This document shows, piece by piece, positions 19,088 through 31,426 of a stretch of 64,000 nucleotides of DNA. The stretch spans positions 75,764,001 to 75,828,000 of the forward strand of contig CM060731.1 of NCBI GenBank assembly GCA_030704615.1. The letters run 5' to 3'. A model generated the notes under the pieces. That model worked only from the letters and a program-made list of their open reading frames with translations. It searched no databases and was not told where the DNA came from. This DNA is from Takakia lepidozioides (Eukaryota > Plantae > Bryophyta). The translations under genes and the position numbers were made by a program. Within the stretch, counting starts at the first letter, position 1. The number at the start of each line of letters is the position of its first letter.

Positions 19088-22000
19088 ATGAGGGGGTGGC
19101 ACTGCGGGGGCAGCAGCCTGCAGAGGCCCGCCCTGCTTCTGCTTCAGCTCTGTATGTCTTTCTCTCTTTCTCTCACACACACCCGCACTCTCTCTCTCTC
19201 TCTCCTTTTGTGTCCTCGGATCTTTCTTGCTCATTTCTTCTGTTTGCAGCTTCTCGTGCCTGCGTTGGCACTTGAGCATTTGTATATGTCCCAACCACCT
19301 CTAGGCACCTTCACCACACCAGCATTTGTCCCTCTTTCATTTGCATATCATATGTAGCCCTTCGTCTTTCATTGACCTACCCTACCTTGTGAGGGATCAA
19401 TCTACTAGACTAGTTTCGAACATCCAGATGGAATGTTGTGACCTTTTGCTGGGACCGTGTACTTCGTGTGACCGTGCGTTAAAATTCAAGCAGGCAACGA
19501 GGGAAATGCCTGTCATTGGTCTCGAACGTACATTGGAAGTTTTGAGAAGTCTTGTGACATTCTTGGGAGTGAGTATCTCCCAGAGAATCGCAACTGGCGC
19601 GTGCACAGATGTAGAGGAAGAGATGGAGAGGGATTGTGGAAGGAGATGCCACCAATGCAGCAAGAGAGTACTTGTAGAGGAACTCTTTGCTGTAATAGAG
19701 ATAGGGCCGTAACAATGCTGTCAAGGTTTCCTTCAACAATTCCAGCGCATTGCATCTCACTCATGAACTTATTGTAGAAGGTAGGAATCAGAACACTGAA
19801 GTATTTAACCCTAGAGTCTGCCCTTCTGATGTTGCCAACCCTCTTACATAATATTTTCCTCTTCTTGAATTTCTCCAAGTTGAATTCGGAGTTGTTTTTT
19901 ATGGTCAAATAGACATTCCAAGAAATTTATTTGAATTAGTGGTTATTTTTCTTCATTATTTTATTACTGCCGTGAGAGGTAGATTTGGTAAATGCATTCT
20001 ACCTTATGATCACAGGAGGTATGTGCAAAAGCAACTCTTGAGTACTAAGATTCTGGTTAGCAATTGTATGCATTAGGGCTCTTTATACTCATTGATGTGC
20101 TGGAATTTCCTTTCTCATGAACAGTTTACATTGTACACAAACCAGCTCCAAAGATCCGGATAATGATGAAAATTCCTGTTTGCCACACTCAGGCATGTTT
20201 CAGGACCACTGCTGTTTTCTCATGCCATGCCAACTGAATCCCTCTGCTGCTACTGTAATCTACTGGACATTAGACATTCTGTCTGCTTTTTCTTCCCTTT
20301 TTTGAGTTCAGAAGCCTCACATTGGTAGGGACCGGATAATTGTTGCGTCACAATTGTTTTTCCATCATTTTCTCATTGGAAGCTTTTTGTGCTATGCACA
20401 GGCATATTATGTCGACTGCAGGTCTTATGCTTGGCAAGCCACCATACCAGCCGTGGACACCACTCAAGGTCTTCACACTCACATACGCTGTATAATGGCC
20501 CTTCCGCTGCACCCTTCTCTTCATTCACCCCTTCTCCCTTTGTGCTGCCAACCTCCCCTCCCCCCCAGCAACACCCCCTATTTCCCCAAGTACTGTGGCT
20601 TCACCCCCGTTCGTGTTGCCCCCGAATGGTGCCCCCAACAGTGGGCCCTCAGGACTTATCCCCTTTATGGCACCTTCTCCTCTTGTGGTTCCTATCGTCA
20701 GCAATCCATCTCCGCCCATGTTAACAGGTAAATTTTCCAAGTCGATATATTTCAATTGATTTGTACCAGAGAATGTCTGTCAGGAGAAAGTAATCTAAGT
20801 CGTTCCTAAGCATTTCCTTCAATGTGACCCAAGATAGGAAAATAAACTGGTTTATCCTCCCTGTTCTTTGGTTCCTCAAAGGCCGGATTTTGGAATCGTT
20901 AAGCAAAGGCAGGATCTCCCCCACACTGTTGCAATTGGAGGCAGAAAGATGGGGAGAGATCAATTTAGGCTCGAAGTTGTCGAAGGAGACTAAGGAAGAA
21001 GGAGAGACATTGAGCTTCATAGACTAGGGAAGAAGCAAAAGGAGTAGAAAAAAGAGGAAGAAAAAGCAAAAAAAACAGGGGGCCCGAGGGCCAGATTAAC
21101 ACAAACCCACTCCCAAAAACACCAAACAACACCATAAGAGAAAGTGCCTTTGTGCAGGAAAATTCTAGACACTTTGGTCCTCAAAGTTGATTGTCAGAAA
21201 AAACCACCATGAAACAGAAGACAGTAAAAAATAAAGAAATATGACAATGTCCAGCCAAGAGAAAATACAGTTAGAATATCTAGTCATCAGTTGTTGGTTT
21301 TTGTGCAGAAGTGTGACTTTTTCCCCTGCATGGGCTCTGTGCACCTTGTTTCAGTAGATTCACTAACTATAGGACTGGAGATTTGTAGAGTAACAAAATT
21401 TTGGGAATGGGGCAGGTCTGTGTCCTCTCAACTTTTCTGTGGTGGAGGAAACACTCATTCGGACTGCTGGTGACTGCCCAGAGCCTTTAGCCCTCTATGT
21501 TGGGAGCGTCATCTGCTGCCCACAGTTCGAAAGTTTAGTTCAAATTTCTCTTGGTCAGCACAGCTTGGAATCAGGCTCTCTTGTCCTGAACAGCACAGAA
21601 GCCACATACTGCTTCTCAGATACGTTAAATCTTTTGATCAGTTTGGGTGCCAACAGTAGTTTGCCTGGGCTGTGCTCTGCCCAACCTGCTAATTTAACTG
21701 GAGGTTTGTGTCCGGTAACCATGGTTGAGGACTTCGAGCATCTTGTGAACACAACTCGATTTCTAGATGCATGCAAATCAGTTGACCCTCTGAAAGAGTG
21801 CAGCGAGGAGCCTATCTGCCAGCCGGTTCTTACAGATGTCGCAATCCTGTTAGCTGGTGGATTCGTGAACGCATCAGGCCAAGCATATGAGGCCATTGTG
21901 CCACCAGGTCAACAGCAAATGGTGGATGACTGCCAAGGTGTTGCGCTTGTCTGGCTAGCTAGTCAGCTGGGCCCTGAGGCCTCCAACACGATGCTTCGCA

Positions 22001-23888
22001 ATCTCTTCAGTTGCAGGGTTAATAAAGGTGTCTTTTGACCCCCTTATGTTAATGCGTGTGTGTCAATATTGTCATTATCTGGAAGAATTGTTTGAAGTTT
22101 CTTTGTTACTTTTCTCATAGGACTCACCATTATTCTTCAGGATTTGGAACTCCACCTCCTTATCAACTGCAGCATGCTGCTATCATTAAGTCTATTGTCA
22201 CTAATAATGGGTTCTCATACTGTGATTTGCTTTTAACTCCGAGTTCTCCTTTTGCAGAGTGTCCACTGGCATTTACTGATCCAACCCCGGTAGCCAAAGC
22301 ATGTGGCTGTGCTACATCATCCAACAAAACTTGTTGCAGGGCCCTGGACAGCTACTTGGCAGGGGTGCAGGAGCAGATGTTGATAACCAATTTGCAGGCA
22401 CTACACTGTGTGACAAACCTGGCGTCCATGCTCCAAAACATGTCTGTCTCCACCAATATCTACTCTGTCTGCCAGATTGACCTCAAGGATTTTTCTTTAC
22501 AAGGTGCATGCCTATCTGTTTGCACATCACTCAGCTGTCTGTGCCAGTTTGTGTTTCCCTTCGACAGACGGTAGACTACTAGCTATAAACTTCATCGATG
22601 TTTATTAGCTGTACAGGGTTAGCGAGCCAAGTTGTTTGCATGTCACATTTGAGCCTATGAAAGGTTGCAAGCTTTGAAATGTGTTTCATGCTTTGAGCTT
22701 TATTACAGGAGTTCAAGTTTGCATTGACTGTCAGATTCTCATCTGTTTTTGTGGGTACTGTGCCCTTTTGTGTCTCGTTCACCATCAAGCAGGCTTAGGA
22801 GGACAAGGTACTCACATTTGAACAACACAATTCTGAGATTCACTTGAAGGGATAAAAGCCATTGCTTGTGTAGAAAGATATCAGTCTACTCTACATAAGA
22901 CTTTGCCAGACCTTAGAAAGTGGGCTTCATTGACAATCTGTGCATAACTAATAATGTTGATTCAAAACATGTTCAAGTGAAGAATTGCTAATGCTCAGCG
23001 ATTGTTGTTGTCTGTTTGTCTTTCATGTAATGCCCCAAAGGCATTCCTTAACCTTGGCAGAGACCCAAGGCTGTTCGGTATCTTTGACAGCCCTTGATTT
23101 ACACGTTGATTGGCGCAGGGTGCCTGCTATCAAGCTTGCCGTCAGATATAGTGAGCAATGTCTCGGGCATTGACTTCACATGTGATCTGAATGACAACAT
23201 CGCAGCTCCTTGGCCTCACTCCCTTTCTGCTACATCCTCTTCCTTCTGTGGTCAAGGTCAGTGTGACTCTCATTGCAATGTGTGCGCATGCACATATTTA
23301 ATCTTGGCCTGACAACTATGGATCAGTTACATATCGCTCAGGATGAGAAGAAATAATCTTATCAGGCACACTTGTTACTAGGTTGTAAGACATTGTGATA
23401 ACTACTGTATATTGTCCTTCTCAGAACTTCGTCTCACCAGCAAGCTAAAGAGGGGTAGGAAGAAAGGTCATTGTCATTTTGAGTCTCTTAAATGAGTTTT
23501 GGCCATGAATGTGTGTGCAGCCCCCGCAGTGCTGCCAGCAGCACTGCCAGGAACATCTGGAGCTCCCTTGTACATTGGTGAGTATCTCCTTTCTATTTGA
23601 AGCATCTACTGGATACAAGAGTTGTATGGATAGTGACTGTTGCTTTGTTACCTGATCTTTTCATCCGGTCCTTTCCCCACCCTGAGCCAGACCAACAGAA
23701 TAACATCACCAGACAAGAACTCCTGGCTTTTCAGAGATGGTTCAGAGATGGTTGTGACGTTGCACTGATTCACATTTGTATCTACAGGTTTTCGAACAGG
23801 AAACAAACTTCTGTTCGCATCATTCATCATCATTGTTCTGTTTTTACAGACAGGAGGAGATTTGCATTTGATACTTCCCCTTCTGTAA
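19088..23888 (+). CDS. GPI-anchored SPARK-domain protein (At1g61900-like); apparent 1-nt frameshift in a C-run at ~20560-20566
   Basis: Putative signal exon 19088-19151. Pro-rich exon ending FMAPSPLVVPIVSNPSPPMLT. Then GLCPLNFSVVEETLIRTAGDC...VICCPQFESL, CPLAFTDPTPVAKAC...CCRALDSYL...QEQMLITNLQALHC, GCLLSSLPSD...SGIDFTCDLNDNIAAPWP, and a hydrophobic last exon (LLFASFIIIVLFL...LILPLL*). First-exon assignment is less certain. Confidence 0.8.
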
Positions 23889-25399
23889 TTTTACATTTTC
23901 TCACTTGACCCCTTTTTCAGTCATTTCCCACATGTAGCATGTAGGCGGTTTTGGAAGGTCCTATGAGAGTGTTAAGCTTAGAGTAGAATCACTAAGTATT
24001 CAATAGAAGTATTTTGGAAAATAGTGAACCCTTCATCATTTACTGAGTAGATGAGAAACAAAAATGCCAAATAGCATTTTATCCTCACATCTCCAGAGTG
24101 ACAGTCTGGAAATATGCCACAGCCACAGTGCAAAGTGGTCTGTACTCATACAAGCTTTGTAGTTCTTCAAATATGGGTGTAGAGAGGCTGCCTATTTGTT
24201 GCCTGAACAGAGTTTAGCTTTGCTAGAATTGGTGCAAGGTACAGGAACATAGTGAACCGGGAGCTATTTGTTCGATGAGGCCCTGCTCAGGAAGAGATTA
24301 TCACATTGATTTTGGGACCAGGAATTTTGGACAGGACACTATGAAATATAGATAAGAGCTCTATTTTTCAGGGTCTTCAATCGAACCTCCACTCAGCACT
24401 GCAAACATCAGGTTGGAAGTTGACCCAGTATTTACCTGAGCAGAGAACCTTCATTTGAATCATATGATCTAAGCTGACTTTTGTACGCTTCTTATCTGTC
24501 AGACATTGTCACAACTGCCCGGTGGAGTGTCCATGTAATTATAGTGCATCACTCAATCATGGGTTGGAATGTGTCTCTCACATGTCTTCCCAGAAGGGAG
24601 GAGATGCATGCTATGTAATGTAGCATAGGCATATGGGTTATTCTTCAATAAGAGGTAGATGGTTGGTCCTATGCAAATAATGCACAAAGAGGGTTTGAAC
24701 TTGGACTTGGAAGTAATATAGTTGGCTACTTGGAGAAGCAATGTAGGTATTGACTTCCAATCTCCCCCAGTTTCCAGCTGTGTATTGGTTGTCTCGAATT
24801 ATTCAATTTGAAGTAGAGACTAGAGACTCGGAGTGTCCGAAGTTACTTCCTTATACTAAAAAACCTAAAAGTGATTTTATTTGTCATTTATTTACATGAC
24901 GTTTCTAAATTGAAACAACATTGAGTGTAATATGTCCCTAGTGTGGCCTGTGCTGTTGAGCACATGTAAATGCCAAAGTTAAAATAGCAATACATTTATG
25001 ACCATGTGAACTAAAACACAAATGGAGGGCCAACAATTCAATTTGCTGAAGTTTTAGTCACAAGACCACAAGTCCAAAAATAATGAAATTGCCTCCATGC
25101 ACCCTTACTCATCAAGGGCTTTCCAACAGTACCAAGACCCCTGGCGGAGGCCTTGTGGTTTGGGAGATTTACGCTACAAAACAAACCAAACCAAACAAAC
25201 CTAAGAGGGAGGGCAATGGCTCTCTTGCTTTGGCAAAACAAGAAACAGAAGACTAGGGATCATGACTGAGCACGACACACCAATCGGTGCCTTGACATGG
25301 TGTAAGGTCATTTGACCACATTTTTTCGTTGACTTCAAGATGATGCAAAGTCTCTCTCTACAAGAGAGCCAACAAAATATCTTGCTTAATTTATTGATA

Positions 25400-25440
25400 C
25401 TAGGGTAGCCTGTGCCGTTGGCCCAAGTGTCCAGTGTCAT
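25400..25440 (-). mobile_element. Putative Helitron 3' terminus (degenerate hairpin + CTAG followed by T)
   Basis: Minus strand reads cttgggccaacggcacaggctacc-CTAG-t. Confidence 0.45.
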
Positions 25441-25654
25441 CTAAGTCCAACTGCAATCCCCTATGTATCCAGGGACCCTTAGGGTCACTGGAAATTCGGG
25501 AAAAATAGCAAAGTGGGCTTTCCTGGAGGAGTGATTGGCCCTTCACATGGGAGATGTGGAATTTCAAGTACTTTTGGTCGTTGGAAATATATATATAGGG
25601 AGACTGCAAAAATAGCATGAAAAGAAATAAATTGAAATAAATTGATTTTTTTAA

Positions 25655-26146
25655 ATTCGTGGATAGCTCAATTCTTTAGAGTTGCCAAGATTGCCACCTT
25701 CAAAGCTCAATCTTAAAGTTGGATGTCCAATCATGTTGCTGCGTGATATAGCTTCAAAACGTGGGCTTTGTAATGGGTCACGACTCATAGTCACACGTCT
25801 CAGTGATCGCGTCATTGAGGCACGCATTTTAACTAGTACACATTCTGGAGAAACAACATTCATCCCCAGAATCACATTACAACCTACCACATCAGAGATA
25901 CCTTTTAAGTTCACTCGAAGACAATTTTCAATGAAGGTGGCTCTTGCTATGACAATCAACAAATCACATGGACAATCCGTAAAACATGTAGGTCTATATC
26001 TTCGAACACTTGTATTCTCTCATGGTCAATTATGTGGCACTCTTTCGGATCACATCAGCACATTCGTTGACAGTCCTTCTCCCCGATCAAAATGTACCAA
26101 AAACAATGAATATTGTATATACATAAGTATTAATATAAACTTCTAA
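25655..26146 (+). mobile_element. Helitron RepHel fragment (C-terminal Pif1-family helicase)
   Basis: [17 protein letters not shown]...GLCNGSRL...FIPRITL...FKFTRRQF...[11 protein letters not shown]...VFSHGQL, with a frameshift after GQL. Confidence 0.9.
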
Positions 26147-27119
26147 CTCTTTCACAAAATTCAAATCTTTGACTCACATTACATTGTTGCTCATTTTGTT
26201 GTTCATTCATGTACCACACATTTCTTTGTAACTTAACAAACATCAAACTTCATTTTAGTATATCAATTTCAATTCTTCACACATTAGCATTGACATAAGG
26301 GACACACCGCAGTAATAGGTCCTCTAAGCCGAATAGGTGTCCGCGGTTATAGGTGAGCAGATCCTGAAGCGTGAGCAGAAATCTGCTCATGGAATTTCTG
26401 CTCACACTGTAGCAATCCCCATATGAACTGAGGAAATTGAATTGCTTCGGCATAACAAAATAATTTCTCAACACGAAACTCTTGTCGGACATTGTTTGTG
26501 TTAAAAAACCTGCATGCTTTTGAACCAATATGGAGGGATATGAACTCAGGGATTTGAACTGCTTCACATGGATGTGTAAGTATTATTTGTCGCTGTTGGG
26601 ATATCAAATCAAGTTCAACCGTACTCTTCCTCATAAAATCTTCCATTATACCACCATAGTTATAAGTCGAGTAGAACTAGTTGTCAATATCTCTCGTTGA
26701 ACAAATCATTTTCGCGTTGCGAAAGAGTTTGAGATATCCAATGTCCATCTACTATTGCAACATTATTCTATTTAGGAGATGATTTTCATAAGGCAAAAGG
26801 GTTTGGAATATCCAATTTTGACGTCATTCAAGCACTATATCCCATTCTTGATTTTCTTTTATTCGAATCATATCTTTTAATTTAAGCCAGACACAGAAGG
26901 TGAAAGTTGACGTTATATATAGGATAGCTATATAAATTGATAGGTGTTCTACTGTATACATACAATATATTACTTGGGTTAGCCTTGTCTCGATTTTCGC
27001 TCCAGATAAGACAATAAAATAGGTCTCCGCTCGTTGACGAATCAGTAAACGCACAAGATTTAGAAGATCAGAGCGTGGAAGAGGAATATAATCCCGATGC
27101 AGTGTCATCATTTGATGAC

Positions 27120-27464
27120 ATGAGGATTATCTCGAAGAAGTGTCTTTGTTTCTTCATTTTATGGTTCCCACTTCCTCATATGATGCTGAAATTTATAATA
27201 CTCTGCTACGTTTGGATTTGGATGACGATGATATCTCTCATAACAGGGGTGTACCGATGTCCATGCTATAGCTTCAAAACTTCCTCTATTGGTGATCTAA
27301 ACATTGGCTCCACTGAGGAGCTTTGTCCAATCTGCTTGGAGGCATTTGTTCCCAGTAAGCTCTTTCGCAAACTTCATAATTGTGGCCACCACTTTCACAA
27401 GGATTGTATTGACACATGGCTTCAGCTACATGCTCTTTGTCCAATGTGTAGAGGTAGGCTTTAG
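27120..27464 (+). CDS. Small RING-H2 (ATL-like) E3 ubiquitin ligase ORF with an N-terminal hydrophobic segment; could be a fragment or TE cargo
   Basis: CPIC-x15-CGHHFHKDCIDTW-x6-CPMC gives all eight C3H2C3 ligands, preceded by hydrophobic FIILCYVWIWMTMISLI. Confidence 0.65.
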   Translation: MRIISKKCLCFFILWFPLPHMMLKFIILCYVWIWMTMISLITGVYRCPCYSFKTSSIGDLNIGSTEELCPICLEAFVPSKLFRKLHNCGHHFHKDCIDTWLQLHALCPMCRGRL

Positions 27465-28255
27465 AGAGAAGACTCCGACCGAAGCCGGTAACTAAGAGCC
27501 ACTTCACCTTACGAGGATGGGCCCTATTAGGTAGGTTTTATATATAACGTCTCTGATGTTCAGAAGATTTGGGAGATGATTACAATTTCGTACGCAAAAC
27601 GTTGTTATGTTTTAAGTGTTATTTCGATGCTTGCAATCCTGTCATACTTGATTCCATCATATACATTCCATGACAAGTTTCGATCCAGGCTCCTTATGGA
27701 TGTTGTTTAACATTCTAGTGATAAGTGTGTTTTTATGTGTATGAGGCTGGATGTTAATGCTTAATGTTGGGGCTCCAAAGTTAAAGAGTTGTGTTAAGCA
27801 TGCGTGAAGAGCTATGATCTCCTGAAATATCAAGATATTTACGTCATATCTTAAGGAGCAAAAATTATACCTAAATCTAAACCCTACACGGCATCAAATT
27901 TTGGATGTTGGATTGTTGGGTGATGGGATTTCATATAGAAAGTTTCGACTAAAGCTATACCTCTAAGGGTTTCTCAATGCGAAACCCACCGCGGCTTAGG
28001 TTTGTGCTCATATCACCAAATATTTCTCAATGCGAAACTCGCAGCCACTGCTATAGCTTTAGGGTTTCTAGCTACACTATTGAAGGTTTTGCCTCGCTGA
28101 ACTGACGCAGATGTACCGTATAAATGCACCAATCCTCTATACTTGCTTATGGCTTTATTTCGTTTTGAAAACATAAAATTCCTATAACCGAGGTTAAAAA
28201 ATATAAAACTCCCATGACCGTGGGTTGTGCTCACGCGATATACACCCCCCCCCCC

Positions 28256-28450
28256 CCCCTTTAGTGGTAAATACAAGCCGGCAATCTCTTAGGTAAATTG
28301 TTTTGTAAATTTCCTAAGGTATCAATTATCGGTAGGAAATTCTGGGGAACCATTCGGCTAGCATGTAACTGCCTGCCTGTTCGTTGCCCCTTACTAACGT
28401 CCGAGAAATCATTTGAGTTCAACCAGCCAGTGGCCCGTCATTCCGAGCAC
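28256..28450 (+). repeat. Left part of a ~240-bp tandem repeat array that resumes at 51331
   Basis: Homologous to the units at 51331-52012 (taggtaaatt...aatttcctaaggtatcaattatcggtaggaaattc...gagttcaaccagccagtggc...cattccgagcac). Confidence 0.9.
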
Positions 28451-30111
28451 ATATAAATGATGTCAGCCAGAGCTAGCTTAAATAAGAGCCTCTTCCCTTT
28501 GCAGGTACTGTCCCCTTTCAGGGGTTGGGCTCTATCAGAACCAGAAACAGTTACGTAGTGGCAAACTGACCACTTTCAATCTTTCTTTTGTTGAGGATTA
28601 AGGTTGTAAGTGACGTAATAACTGTGAAGTGTAGGGTGTGTAGGAGTGGGGTGGTGTAATATTTTAACAAAAGTTTGAGGTTTCTTTGAGAACTTGAGTG
28701 TTGTGGCAATGTGCTCCCCCTCTGACACCAACGGTAACGATAATCAAACGGGCAGTGTTCCGTCCATGGTGACGAAGGGCTAAGAGGAGCGGTCCATATT
28801 TTTCACGTTTATACATAATTGATTGGTCTCTATCATGACAAAATGTAAATTGTATTACATGAATGGTGAGGGAGGGATGTGGACCCGTTAGTATTGTTGA
28901 TGAAAGAGGTAGTCCATAGATAAGTAGAATATCAGGGCATAACCTTGCTAGACAATGACATGGGATATAGAGACAGGTGTAGGGTAGAAGCCATGGAGGT
29001 ATTGTATGGTCCGGTGGTCTACCTTGAAATGTACTTGCATTCATTTGATGAGCTTAAACCATCTGGATTTAGGATGTGACAGAAGAAGTTTTTGAAGATG
29101 CCAAACTCCTTGGTTATGTTTGGGTATATGTAGTATGGGGTGCTTACAATGGAGAAGCAGGTGTGGCCGTGTGTCTACTTTGGGGGTTTGTGCGTCGCAT
29201 AATATGCAATGCTTGTTAGGATATAATAAAGGTCAGAATAGATTTCTTCTTTGATTACCCATGTATTGGCCGTACATCGGAATCGTAGTGTTTGTATGAT
29301 GTGGACATCAGTAATTATATGAGAGGTTCCAAAAGTGGTTGGACATGACATGCATTAGGTGTGGGGAACATGCCCATTTTGATATATGTTTTTGTGTAGG
29401 TGCGGGATACTTGGATTTGTTGTTTAGTTTCTTGTGACATATGTGTGTAGATCTCGTATAGGTGCGATAGCAGGGAATCTCGCCGTAGTTGAGACGAGCC
29501 AAAATGGATATGCGTATGCTAAGTGAATAGGATCAGCTGAGGGATTTACAGAAGGCTGAATGGAGCCGAGCTGAGCCATATGGTCTGCAATGTCATTTTC
29601 CTAATATGTGTGTATCGGAGCGAACTTTATGTATATGGATTTGTAGCGGGAGGAATGAAGTAACATCAATGATTGCTGTAATAAGGTTAAGGTCTAGATG
29701 GTGTATTTGTGTAGAAGGTTTGAGGATTTGATTGGTGAGGAGGTAGAGAGAGACTTCCATAAATAGGTAATAAGTTGAGCCTATGGGTTGGTGTTGATTT
29801 TTTAGGGCATCATGGATACCCATGAGTTCTGCGCGTAGGATATTTTGGCGTCCTGGTAGTCTTTGTATGACCTCAAGTTATCTTTAACGGAATAAGTGCC
29901 ATACCCTGCTTGCGCCTCTTTGAGGGAGCCATATGTATATATCCATTGTTGAGGTGGGAATTTCAGAGGAGAGGACGTTGCGAAGTCTAGGATCGGTGGT
30001 ATGTATGTTGGTGGGCAATAGTGTCCAGAGTGGTCTTGGGGTCGCCAATTTCCATGCTTTGTCTAGGTTGACTCGAGGATATGTGCATGGTGAGGGGGTT
30101 GGTGAATATAC
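28451..30111 (-). mobile_element. 3' part of a Dualen/RandI-like LINE (RNase H + CCHC finger + restriction-like endonuclease), degenerate
   Basis: RNase H motifs LPGRQNILRAELMGIHDAL and IHIHKVRSDTHILG. Zinc-finger remnant at ~29140-29210. RLE region PPWLLP...PDILLIYGL...IHVIQFTFCHDR...KREKYGPL...VGVRG. Confidence 0.7.
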
Positions 30112-30732
30112 CATTGTTGGGCGGGTATATCCTTAGGGTATAAATAAAATATTTTTTGTCAAATCATATACCCTCCGGATATGGATAAATTGAAATCTCA
30201 AAAATTTATTTACCCTCTGGGTATGGATAAATTAACTTTTCAGATTTCTATATAACCCCCGTGTAAGGATATATATGCCAAAATATACCTTGAGGGTATG
30301 AATAGTTTCCGGGTATGGATAGTTATTTCAATTAATATATAATTTAATGGTTTTTTAAATTACGATGTTTTCAAATATATAAAAAAGGAAACAATCTATA
30401 GAAAATTGATGAGATATTGCATAATATTTTGGTTTTAATTCCCAATGCAAACTTGAGAAAGGAGGTTTGAGATTCGAAAAATATGTCGATATCAGGAGTT
30501 TCTTCTACGTCAAGAAAGTGGCCATCCATTTGCTGCCTACGAATGGTATATTTTGCTGATGACATACTCGTTCAAGGATCCATACTCATGAACTCGAAGA
30601 ACCAATTTCCGTGTCAATAGTGGCTATCCTACCATATCTACATTTATGAAAGACAACTCAATTATATCCTAATTCCTAACTCCTAATGCTTATATACCCT
30701 GATTGGATATACATACCCTTCAGTAAAGTAGG

Positions 30733-31102
30733 GTAACAATGCGTGTGCAAGCCTGGGAGCTCTGGAAAAGGGGAAAGAGGTCCATGGTGACATTGTCAAA
30801 GCTGGAATTGTACCAGATGCCATTCTGAAGACTGCCTTGGTGGACATGTATGCCAAATGTGGGTGCATTAAGGATACAAATGGAGTTTTCAACATTATAA
30901 CTGAACGACATGTGGTGTTGAGGAACGCGATGCTTGCAGGGTATGCACAGCAAGGGCGCGAGATGGAGGCTTTGGAGACCTATGATCAAATGATGGAGGA
31001 AGGGGTGAAGCCCGACCACATCACGTTTGTGTGCATTTGCAGTGTGTGTGCAAGCCTGGGAGCTCTCGAAAAGGGGAAAGAGGTCCATGACATCGTCAAA
31101 GC
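30733..31102 (+). pseudogene. PLS-class pentatricopeptide repeat (PPR) gene fragment
   Basis: ACASLGALEKGKEVHGDIVKAG...TALVDMYAKCGCIKD...VFN...VVLRNAMLAGYAQQG...EAL..YDQM.EEGVKPDHITFV...CASLGALEKGKEVH; truncated at both ends. Confidence 0.9.
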
Positions 31103-31426
31103 TGTTGTCAAGTTAAATAAACATAGTGTGAAACTAACTAGAATAAATCTAGTTATTTAACACTTGGTATTAGTTCAAGTGTTAAGTCAGGTGTCAAGTT
31201 TAGCTTGACATCTGAACCATCTTATCTTCACGAGCTCGTTAGTCGTGCGGCTCATATCTCTCGAGTTGAGCCTGCACGACCGAGCTCCCTCGTTGCTTAG
31301 CATCTGAGTGTACTTATGGAGGGAGAGTAGGATGTTGTGGGGTGGAGTCCCCATAGCTTGGGGTGCCCCTGGCTTGACTCTTATTTTAACGAGTGATTAT
31401 ATTGTATTTCGTATTTTGTGTCAACA
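31103..31426. mobile_element. Probable LTR (TGTTG...CAACA) cutting the PPR fragment
   Basis: Starts tgttgtca and ends tgtcaaca (inverted termini). No matching TSD. Confidence 0.5.

Noticed and set aside
19326-19908. Overlapping ORFs in SPARK gene intron 1
   Set aside because: No domain recognised; probably decayed repeat.
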